The notes beneath the pieces are model-generated. The model was not told the DNA's origin and made no database searches. It saw only the letters and a program-made list of their open reading frames with translations. A program made the translations under genes and the position numbers. 25,000 nucleotides of DNA, taken from NCBI GenBank assembly GCA_030704615.1, contig JAKLZA010000251.1, positions 1 through 25,000 on the forward strand. Reading direction: 5' to 3'. This DNA is from Takakia lepidozioides (Eukaryota; Plantae; Bryophyta). Of this stretch, positions 9,122 to 20,000 are shown in pieces. The first letter of the stretch is position 1, and each line of letters opens with the position of its first letter.

Positions 9122-12100
9122 CTAGGCATTGGCTGCAGCAGGTCTTTGAACATCTGCCAGGTACTCGCGTTCCAATGTTGACGCATCCACCTTCTTCAGC
9201 ATATCCATGACTGCCTCTGCTGGCCAATAACCTTCAGCCTGTCACAACCCAACAGTTGAATTCAGGTCAACTGTAGATCTTTCTTGGGTAGGTTAAACAT
9301 GTATTATGACTTTGAGGAACAGTTGCTGAATCTAGCAAGGCTTTCTTTGGATACCTCTGGCAGCTGAATGCAGTTTCAACTGTGAAGTTCCCCAAAACAC
9401 TGCGTCTGTTCTCACTGTCGGACACATCACTTTGGCATGCAGTGGCTTCACCAGGCGTCTCTGAAGGGCTCTGGACAGACAGTCCAAAGCCTTACAGTGA
9501 GCGGAACTCAGGTGGAATTTGCATTATGTGCGACCAACCAAAATGATGGTGGTGTTGTTCAGCATAAGTAGCCTCAACACTGTAACAAACCAACAATCTC
9601 GGTGCATTGGCCATTGCTCGTCAATAAAAGGCCTCAACACACATTTCCTCTGAATAGCATCTAGACTATCAGTATATAACACATGAAAAAAGGAACAGGG
9701 TCTCCAACAAAACACTTGATGGACCGCGGTCCCTACAGAGGAGATTTGCCAGTTGCATGCTATCCACACACCATCTACGAAAGTATGTTGAAAGTTAAAG
9801 GTTATACCTGCCGCCTGCCTGCAACACCGGACAAGATAAATCGCAGTTCAAAAGCAGTTTTCTGTTGGCTATCGATAAGTGCCCTGTTTCCAAGCTGCTC
9901 ACACTTCAAGATGTCAGAGTTCTTTGGCATCCCAAATGCGGCTGGTTTGCAACTGATCTGCAACACCTTAGCAACCTATACCACAAATCTTTGTTCATTT
10001 CATAATCAAGGTAACCAATGGTGTCTGAAGGCATTATGGGTTCATGTATTAGCTACAACATAGGAGCTTAGGTCTTATTGGAGTGTCCATACCACACCCT
10101 TCGACCCCATACTTGACTACTAAAACTATGGTCTCCAGCATAGATCAAGTTTGTAAATGCAAAGAGTAAACAAACCTTCCAAAGGTTCTGAAAGACCTCC
10201 ACTCTTTTCTTCGGGATGGTGCACTCCATCCATACGCTGCCTCTTTCCACCTGGAATACATCGCAAACTTGAAAATCAACCACATGAGGAACAGAGATAA
10301 TAAATGCTCTTGCATTCAATGATGCAATGTTGACCATCTCACATAGCAGAAAGTGTGAATATCATAAGAACAATTACTGGGAGAACTCTTGGCTACTCTA
10401 AACTTAAAGTTTAGCCATGTAGCAGCAAAATACCATCAGGCAGGTCGAGAAGATGGCACTTTATACACAAACCTGCATTACAATATCATCCTTCCCGATG
10501 ACCCCATCCTCATCCATCGTTGAGAGGCCCTTTCTCAAAGTCTGCAAAGAAGACTTTCAACAGTTATTATTGATGACTGAAGTTCTTAAATGAAAGAGAA
10601 AAGAGACTTCTGCAACACATGGGCAATCCCACTAGGTTGTTTAAAACCTCAGCAACTGGACCCTCACAGCCCTGACCAGCCTTCAGTTGACCACTGGACC
10701 ACATCAGTGATATAATGACTAGCACAGGACCTAAGCTATGGGGGACAATGAACCCCATAGTGCAGTTTCATCTCTCCCAGTTGGGATCCCCCTGGATCTA
10801 AAAGCAGCCTAATGAGTTTGGAGACTCAATCCTAAACTCTAAACTCTTTACTCTTTACTCAGTTGCATGCATCATTGATTTTGTTTCAAAGACAAATTTT
10901 AAATAAGGAACGAATTGACATAAACTCCATGTAGCAAAGTGTAGCAAATGAACAACTTGGACAAGATTGCAAAAATCATTGAACTCTGATGCTGTCAACG
11001 CAACACTCCAGTTTCCAGCTCCAACCTGATCTCCCATACACGGTTTTGCCACCATCAGGTGAAACCTTGTAATCTTTTGAAATCATAAGACAAACTGAAA
11101 AGATCATTCCTCAGGGTTTCCATAACATACTTGCCAAGTGCCCATCAGATGACAGGACGTTATGACACAGATAAACAGCAACAAATCTTCACAGAAGTGA
11201 TCCTCAGACGATAATGGTAAAACGGAAAAGTGCCTTGCTTCATGAGGCCATCTTAGTGCTCATGTACAATATAGATCGAGCTTCCTATGATTAAGAAGTT
11301 GTACTAGAATATGTGTGAGCCTTGCACATGGGTTCAGGTTATAGCTGTCAGCAACCTTGTGCCGTATGCCTTCTTATTATACATTGTGAAGAGTTAAACA
11401 GTTAAACATCCTTCTTTGAAATAATTCTTATGGAGCGAGAAGAAAAATTTCAGAACCTAATTTGACTTCCAGTGTTTTGTTTTTCCCAGATAAAACAACC
11501 TTGTCCTTGTGCTCCACCTGTTCGATTGCAATTTTAGAGAGTCATTGCGACTACAGCTTGCTGTATTTTGTAGCTGAGATCCATGTAAAGGATTAGCAGC
11601 TCTTACAATGGCACAGAAGCTTTCCTCTGAGTCTGGTGCAGTTTCATATCCCAACCGCCAGCCTTCCCCCTCAATGACTTCGAAGCTCTTCTCTTGAGGT
11701 GGCTCCTCAAAGAAATAGCAGCCTATTCAAATACAGTTGCACATGTCACAGATATTTTCGTTGCTAGAACTTGGATTTCATTCAAGATTCTTACTCTCTT
11801 TTGCCCCCTGAATTTGGTTTGACCCAGCATAAATCTGCAACATTTGCAGAATAGAGGTGTGAAATAGGGCATTTAAAATCACTCAGGGTTGAGCAGAAAA
11901 CGGACACAAATAAAGAGAGCAGACCAAGCTTATTAGTAGCACAGATTGGTTCCTTAAATACCAGATTATGGAGCACAGATGTGATAGAAGTTGGAGAATA
12001 TACAAGCCACGAAACAGTCCACCTAACACAAACACAAATTTCAAATGCAGGATTGCATATACTCTTTGATGCAGTGGAGCTGGAATTTCTGCAAAAAAAG

Positions 12101-12616
12101 TTGTGATTCTTGTTGGTTGAGCCTCTACATTAGTTTATCCGCAAATGCTAGGTTGCATCAACAAATCTGCTCACAAGTGGAAAACTAACCCGTCAGGTCA
12201 CAGCGGAGAAATCCTGCGCCATCAGCTTCTTCAGCTAAGGAATTCTTGGGCATAACAATGACACAGCCACTCTCATCACATTCCATCTTGATTTCTCCCT
12301 CTTCATCTTCTTCGTCATAGCTCGGCACTATTATCCTCTCCCCGTACTCTCCTACTGGGATACCCTCAACATCCTCATTCATGACAGCCCTGTTATAGAG
12401 CTGCCGCTTGGGAGCTGTTGAGTGTCCGCCTACTCTCCACGATGAGTAGCTGCTCAATGTAGGTTCTCTTGAAAAATCACTGGGACCAGACTTCGTAGCA
12501 AAATTGCTGCACTGAACACTGACGAATTTGGAGCACTCCACATTTCGCAGCGATGACCTTGGTCTCTCGAAAGGCATGAGAGGCGAAGCAAGCCTACCAC
12601 AGGTTGCTGTCTGCAT
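9122..12616 (-). CDS. Probably plastid-targeted DUF1818-like (cyanobacterial-type) protein, 7 exons
   Basis: Exons 12616-12190, 11722-11607, 11025-10957, 10541-10473, 10250-10176, ~9957 (acceptor uncertain)-9808 and 9238-9122 (TAG). All are GT..AG and phase-compatible. The N-terminus is Ser/Arg-rich and transit-peptide-like. The C-terminal part reads EGEGWRLGYE...FCAIVGAGNWSVALTASEFNDFCNLVQTL...VERGSVWME...FELRFILSG...RQAEGYWPAEAV, matching my recollection of the DUF1818 pattern (GxGWRLGW...GGxxWAxELTxxEF...LRLIL...R.AEGxWPxxAV). Confidence 0.8.
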
Positions 12617-14388
12617 GACTGCTTGAGGCCGATGTCCAGCTCCGAGCTGAAGGAATGAATCGAATTTTAATAACTCTCGCGTCAATGTGAAACCATAGAC
12701 AGACTTTTGAGAAACGCCAATCGAACAAGCAGCCTACCTCAAAGGGAGGGAGAAAATAGTTCCCAATCCAAGGTTGACTAGTAAACAGTAATGTAGAGGT
12801 AAACCGACTGAAAATAATGCACGAACTGCTATCGCTTTAAACTTGGAACGAACGAAGGTTTGCTGTGGGTCTCAAGGATAGAAAAGCTTCCCTGAAAACA
12901 AACTGGAAAGAGATCTCATTAGACAGTGCACGATACAATTATCAATAAGACTGAACGAACGATTTAGAGGGGCAAATTGTGTTTTGTGTGTGAGAGAGAG
13001 AAAGTGGTCTGTAATCTGTGCACCAAATCCTGAGAACACTAGATCATAAACATGTGAAAGAAAAATCCGTGTGCTCCCTGGTGTTAGCAATGATGTACCA
13101 ACCATAGCACTTGCTGAATGAGTTCAGGCGAAAGATTCTTATATAGGATGCAGGACAGGCTGCAAGATAAACCGCTGGCCTGAAGAAAATCTGATACAAG
13201 CGCAATACGTCGCCGGGAAAGGACTGATGATAACACTAGCAGTGCATGAATTGTTTTGCACCGGACTGTTGGTGGAGGAACAGAGGGGGAAGGGGCATGT
13301 AGACACTTGCCGCCATAGCCTGAACAGCAGCAAAGCTTTGTGATTGGACGGAGAAGAGCAGTAAATGTTCAAGCGACGGTGTGAATGTAAAACTACGAGT
13401 AGAAACATCCATGCGCATTATCCAGTTGCGGATGAAAGCTGCTGTGCCTGTCGATTTGCGAGAACGTCACTCTGCTTTCCCTGCAGTGCTCTACGTAACC
13501 CGCATCATCAGACGATGGAGGTGTTCCAGGCTTCTAATCTTCACTTTGCAGAGTTGGTTTGTTTAGACTACAGCACCTCTCCCTCCCCGCTCTCTGCGTT
13601 TACAGTTATGTTGTCGTCGTTCTTTACAGGCGCTCGGAGAATCATGTGACTCACTGGTTAGTTCGACTTTGTGATTGAAAGCTGCAACCAATTTGATGTT
13701 GCAGGCACGCTGTCAGATTCGTTATCAATGACCGTGCTGTGCCTGCCTCCACTATGATTACTGAGAGCGAATAGTCTATGGCGATGGAGTTGTGCAATAA
13801 CTACTGAAGGCGGTGCAAATCGATTGCTGGTATACTTTCGATCTATGTCTTTCTATTATCGCATGTTGTTTCTGCCATGCTCGATTCCAAATTCCTTCTG
13901 TCGTGTCTTGTTCTTTTCTGTTGTACACCGGGGGAGGTGGAGCACCGGATTATTAGACTCATGTTGACTTCATTCAGCCTCCCATGTGTACGAGGAGACT
14001 CAAAGGACTGGTGGAGAATCATGTGATGGATTGAGAAGGAGATAGATGTGCTTCGAGAGTGGGTAGCCAGTTTCACTATGTGCGCCCAATCCTTGAGAAA
14101 AGAACAGGGCATGGGCGAGGCAGCAGCCATTGAAAGTGATGGTGGCCTTGCATGGTGCAAAAGGTGCCATGGCAAAGTTAGGCAGGTTTCTCATCTATGA
14201 AGCATTGACTGGTAAGTACAGCTGCAAGGTTCATGGTTTGTACCAACTGTTCCACAATGGAGCATAGACTGCCATACTTGAGAAGCAGGACACACTTCTT
14301 GTTGATGAAAGAGAACCTAGTACTTCATATAAGCCTAGTCTTGAGATCCTCTCATGAGCCTAAACATAACATAAAGGCTGGGGATATT

Positions 14389-14877
14389 TGTAATCTAGGA
14401 TTAGCCTAAAGAGAGGCTTGTCCTTACAAGATAATGACTCATTAATGGCTCTAATAAAGCCATTCTGCCATTAATGCAGTGAACCAGCCTCCAGGCAGGT
14501 TACCACATGTAGGTGAGCCACATGCCCTTTCCTTCCCCATGCCAGCTTCCTAATAGCCATGAGCCGCCATGACCCCCTCAATAGCCATGCCCACCTTCCC
14601 TCAATGCACCATGCCTTATGTCTTGTCATGTCCAATGTGTCTAGCCATGGTCACTTTAGATCTTAGGTGGTCAATGGTCCAAACTTTAGGGTGAAGATCT
14701 CAAAGCTTCGCCGTTTAGGAAGTTTAGGGCGGCGGCCCGCTTGCTTGCTTGAGCGTGGAATTTGCTTGGAGGTGTTGTATGCTTGAGGTATGCATTGTAA
14801 GTGAATTTGATGCGATTATTCATGCATTATTAAGCTTTAAGTTGATTGATGGGCGCAGATTGCGGCTATCTTCCACA
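14389..14877. mobile_element. Possible solo LTR or LTR remnant
   Basis: Begins TGT and ends ACA. TATT flanks both ends (14385-14388 and 14878-14881). Internal gccatg-rich short repeats. No coding domains. Confidence 0.35.
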
Positions 14878-15007
14878 TATTGAAGCACTCAAAAACACTC
14901 AAACACTCAAACAATCAAGATTCAAGCAAGTAAGATTTGATTCTTTGACCCACTTGCATGTTCTTTGTTTCCTCTTCACACAATGGATAAGGAAACTATT
15001 ACTCCGT

Positions 15008-15378
15008 AGCATACTGCGTCTCTAGCATACTCCAAAGAGAAGCCTCTCTATGGAGAAGCCTCTGCACTATGGCAATTTCCATGTTTAACAAATCTATAGT
15101 ACCCCTCTCTAGCATACTCCATCGAGAAGCCTCTCCATACATTCAAATATGTACTATATATAATATGGAGACTTGATCATGAATTATTTGTAAAATGCTT
15201 TGTGGACACAAACCTTTTACACTAGTGTCAGTTTATATGGGTAAACTAGATATATGTTTCCTTCTCTAGCATACCCCAAAGAGAAGCCTCTCTATGTGTA
15301 TTAGCTGGAATCTTGATCATGAATTCTCTGTCTCTAACATACTCCAAGGAAAAGCCTATCTATGGAGAAGTCTCTGTA
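15008..15378 (+). repeat. Dispersed ~30-45 bp sub-repeats (ctctagcatactccaaagagaagcctctctatg)
   Basis: Variants at ~15019, ~15107, ~15264 and ~15332, inside the TIR element. Confidence 0.8.
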
Positions 15379-15735
15379 TGTGTAGTAGCTAGAAACCTTG
15401 ATCACAAACTTCCTCTATAATGTGATGGAGGCATGTTATGTTCGATTGGGAGCCATGAAAGAAAACACACCAAGCATAAGGTTGTTTTCCCAATTGATGG
15501 AGGCAGTTTCCATGTCTTTTTTTTAGGATCTTGGCTTGAGATACTAATTGAAGTCTCTGTATGTGTAGTAGCTAGAAACCTTGATCATGAATTCCCTGCA
15601 TAATGTGATGGAGGCATGTTACGTTCGATTGGGAGCCATGGAAGAAAACACACCAAGCATAAGGTTGTTTTCCCTATTGATGGAGGCAGTTTCTATGTCC
15701 TTTTTTTAGGATCTTGGCTTGAGATACTAATTGAA
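15367..15735 (+). repeat. Two-copy direct tandem repeat, period ~183 bp
   Basis: gaagtctctgtatgtgtagtagctagaaaccttgatca...ggatcttggcttgagatactaattgaa starts at 15367 and again at 15550. Confidence 0.92.
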
Positions 15736-16075
15736 AAACTTTTTTCATTGTGATATTGCTTCCATTACCAACCCATGATCATGGATTCTATCCACTCATG
15801 GTTTCTCTCCTGTTTATGAATGGTTTTCTTATCCATTGTGTGAAAGAGGAAAAAAAAAACATTCAAGTAGGTCAAATAATCAAATCTTACTTGCTTGATT
15901 CTTGATTGTTTGAGTGCGTCTGTGTTACGACAGCCTATTTAATCAGAGGAACAATATTAGCAGGAATATCTGTTTATGATGCTATGCAGTTTGAAGCTGT
16001 CATGATGCCATCATAACCTTGTTCTTATCTAAGCGAGTCTACATCATAGGTCTATAAAAGCTTTTGGTAAATTGG

Positions 16076-16220
16076 AAGACCACCCTTATCTTGAGGATGG
16101 TGCACTCCATCCATACGCTGCCTCTTTCCACTTGGAATACGTTGCAAACTTAAAAATCAACCACGTGAGGATCAGAGATAATACGTGCTATCGCTCCTGA
16201 CTCAAATGACACAATGTTGA
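16076..16220 (-). pseudogene. Duplicated fragment of DUF1818-like gene exon 5 plus upstream intron
   Basis: Same-orientation copy of ~10192-10333 (ggatggtgcactccatccatacgctgcctctttccac...aaaatcaaccac...cagagataata). The acceptor CAG has mutated to CAA. Confidence 0.85.
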
Positions 16221-17030
16221 TCTGGAGTGTCTATTGCAGCTGCTTTGCTAATGTGGTCCTGCAATGCCTTACATACACACAACATCCCACTACATATCTG
16301 CTTGAAGGTGGTCAAGGGAAGGAATGGTAGTGCCCTTTCTAGAGCATAGGATGAAGCTGCCATAAGGTTGCATAGATACTCCAGAAATTGAGGGGTACAA
16401 TTCTGAAGATATTACTGGAAATATGGCCACCGATGATTATTTTATAATGTGGGAAAGGGAATAAACATGAACATCATGGAAGGCTTCCTCACATTTGAGA
16501 CCTGGTTGATTGTCATGTTAATCAGTAATCTTTTGTCAAATCAATTACTGAATGGTTCATCAAAGAGTTGGGATATGAACCTCATTTTTTCAGCATTACC
16601 TCTTTCTCTTGACCCTCCATCCATTTGAACTCATAAACTATGAGGCAGAATGTAGAGTAGCCTGAAGACCACAAGCAGGTCGCGAAGAAATGAAAAACTC
16701 AGTACATTATGTAATTGACTGTTGCAATGATCATCTAACATAGAATAAGACAGACTTGAGCATGCTAAATCGGTCAGTTGCCTGCGCAACTCCAACAAGG
16801 ATGGAGGGGCTGGCAACAGCTCCAACTAGCGAATGAACCCTGACTGCGTTAGAGTTTTGCTTAGGATTTTTTCTGGGATTTGCAGGTTAGACACATACAT
16901 CAACAGCCACATTCAGCTACCAGTAGCACTGCAACTTCGAACTCTTCATTGATCATGCATCATGCCCGTGCAGCATCAATGTGAATTGAGCAAAGCCATT
17001 TGCCTCTTCTAATATTAAGCGAATACAATG

Positions 17031-20000
17031 TCATGGAGGCGATGGTAGCACTTGGATAGAGGCATTTAATTGGACTTCCAATCCTTTGATCTCTTCTCGT
17101 AGGCCTTTCTCTTGCCCAAGCTTCTCCTGTTGAGAGGGAGTTAGAGAGCCAACACCACTCACTTCAGTGGCTTTTGTTCTTATCTCTTCAATCTGCCGCA
17201 GCTTTTTATTGAGGGCCCTCAACTTCTTGGCTATATCACCTGCACCCAACATTTATCACAAACACAGACACGTCACAAGGAAGGAATTCTGTCGAGCGCA
17301 TTGCATTGACGGCATGCCAGAAAAACCCAAAAACTCCTAACCTCCCCTCCCTGGCATGGACTACTAATCATTGGAAGGCAGTAGGAAGTAAATAAACCTG
17401 AATTTGCTGGGTTGCCGTCAAGAGATACAGCTCCCAGCTGTGCAGCCTGCTGCAACAACTAAGTTCAGAATGACAGAATGTCCTATGTCAACATTCAGCC
17501 ATGTCGGCAGTCTGCTTACAAACTTATGAGCAACAAGTACTACCTTCTGAGAACAGGACTGCTTTCCTTCTAATACTAGGCCAAGTTTCCTGCAAAAATT
17601 CCTGCACTTGGGGCATGTGCATGGCAGAAAAGGGACCTCACCACAAAGTCATATGCATCTCACATGGAGAGATTCGTTGCATTCAGAAAATAAAAGTCCA
17701 CCCAAGTATAGGTATGCTAGATATCGAACTTCTTGACAGCTTCACTATTTTACAAATAACATATCACAAAAAGACCCACCACTGCAGTAGCATCAGCTTC
17801 AACAGGCTCCAATTCTTGTGTTTCCTTGTCCTTTTGCTTCTCCCTGCGCTTCTTATTCTTCAATGCACTCTTGCTCAGCCCTCCAAATGCCCTGCCAACG
17901 ATGTGGATTCAACTTGTAGAATATAAGCTGGTAAGATTAGTCTGTCTCCCTCCCGCACTTGAGAGGACAGCCCAGTGATTAGAAATTTGTGCCTTGCCTG
18001 TGCATAATCAGGGTTCCTCAACTGTCCATTGGCCTCTTCATGGGTTATCTATAGAGCAATAGGCTCTGCAAATTCGCTGGTCGTCAATAATCATCACCTT
18101 ATCTCTCTCTCTCAAGCAACACAACATACACCTCCAAAAATCAGTGTTTTGAAAATTTGCAATCACATACCCAGCAGTGTTAGCTTTCAATGATGTCTCA
18201 TCTTCCCCAAATAACTGCTCCAATCAACACACAACGACAGAGATGAGAAGAAATATTCTCAGGCATAAAAAAGGATTGGACATGAAGATTTCACCAACAT
18301 TCACCAACAATATCTTACTTCAGTGTCTATCACATGGCCCTGTGACAAGTGCCACGAGTTCTGGATGGAAGGATTTTCTACTCCCAACCCCCTGTTTCCT
18401 CACCCCACAACTTTTCACAGGAGAGATTTCTATTAAAATTGAAAATGAGTACTTGTTTGCTTTAATGGATCACGCACTGGACATATGGCAAACAAACGCA
18501 AGCACATGATCAACATGATGGCTGCAAGAAGCATAATCTCCCCACAGCTATGTAGTTACCTGTGCCTTTACAGAAGCTGATTGGCTGGCATGTGGACAAA
18601 CAAACGCAAGCACATGATCAACATGATGGCTGCAAGAAGCATAATCTCCCCACAGCTATGTAGTTACCTGTGCCTTTACTGAAGCTGATTGGCTGGCATG
18701 TGGAGGACGGTATGCTCCCGGCTTTGAACCTGCTATTATCGAGGTACTCTCCTTCAGCTCAAACCAAGAAAACCAGATCTATGACCAAACCTGCCAACCT
18801 CCAGCTACTTTGAATTTGTGACCCCTATCGTCCATTGCTATGACAAGAATCACACCACCTGGTCTTGATTGGATGACCTTCACTGCTCTATCTGTCCCAA
18901 AACCCTGGAACTGAGACTCATATGTAGATTGCATGATAATTGTTGGACCCAAGCAATCCACTGGGAAGCTTTAGTCAGGTACCAGAGCACCCTCTTTTGA
19001 TGCACGCCATAACCAATTTGTGAGGAACCTGCTAGACGGAGTGGAGCTGTTGAAGTGAGAGAGATATTGTTGAATGAACCTGTGGTGGTCAAAGCATTTC
19101 GGATAGGTTCCAACTTCGTTTCAGGTTTACGAGTGCGTGGCGAGGGAGGGCTATCTGGATATACTCCACTTGACGCTGGTCGCCACTCAACCTGGCCAAC
19201 ATGATCTCAATAACATATCAGTCAGTCATTTGTCCCAATCTACAAACTCAAAAATCTTGTTGTTCACTTCAACATAGTAGACATGCGTATAGGTAGATTC
19301 AGGTATGTCTTTGATAAAATACAAACCCTCCACAAGTCAACTGAAACGAGACATGGAAAAATTCCTCACATGGTAACTCAGAAGAAAAAAAATTACCTGA
19401 TAGAGTTTTTCGAAGTTCTTTTCATAATGAAGAGTCCCATCATACTTAAAAATCTTGATCCTGCAAAAGTTTGTTTTTGTTAATGGCCAATTGTTCACAC
19501 AGCACACAGAACATGTTTGGTTCCAATGGTGCCCCATTGATTTATAACTCGTGGAGTTTAGGGAAAATTCATCCTTTCTAGCTCAAAAAGTCCAATTAGG
19601 TAACCCCATATTGCAGCCAGTCTGTTATCTGTCAATGGAGAACAAAAGGCCCTCCTTGCCCTACCCATTGTCAACTTGCAGGCGAGGTGCGGTTATAGCT
19701 GTCAAGAAGTGACGACCATCAGGTGACCATTCACTTGTCACAGAACATGCAGCTTTTGTGTTCCCCAGGATTTTGAGCATTTCACGGTCCCAGAAGGCCT
19801 GCTTAGCACTGATGCATTAGAACCGTGCCTCAAATCATCCAACCACATTGCACAAGAAACAGCAGCCGAGAATGTTCAAACTGAACTAAATCAATGAGAT
19901 CAATCAGCTTGTGTTCGAAAGATACTCACCATATCTCCTGGAAGATTGCCAAAGCCCGCCAAGCAAATAACTTTGGACACGCATTAAGCAATTAAACAGC

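Larger units (their letters stand above)
14904..15916. mobile_element. Non-autonomous long-TIR (Mutator/foldback-like) element of ~1 kb
   Basis: 14904-15000 (cactcaaacaatcaagattcaagcaagtaagatttgattctttgacc...cacacaatggataagg) is the reverse complement of 15819-15916 over ~98 bp, with only scattered mismatches and small indels. The interior is made of repeats and has no ORF. No clear target-site duplication. Confidence 0.65.

Noticed and set aside
13843-14340. Possible decayed coding sequence next to the putative LTR
   Set aside because: Multiple stops in the frames read and no gag/pol or other motif that I can recognise.
15008-15735. CRISPR-like appearance of interspaced short repeats
   Set aside because: Eukaryotic context, irregular spacing, degenerate repeats and no cas genes. 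Better explained as transposon sub-repeats.
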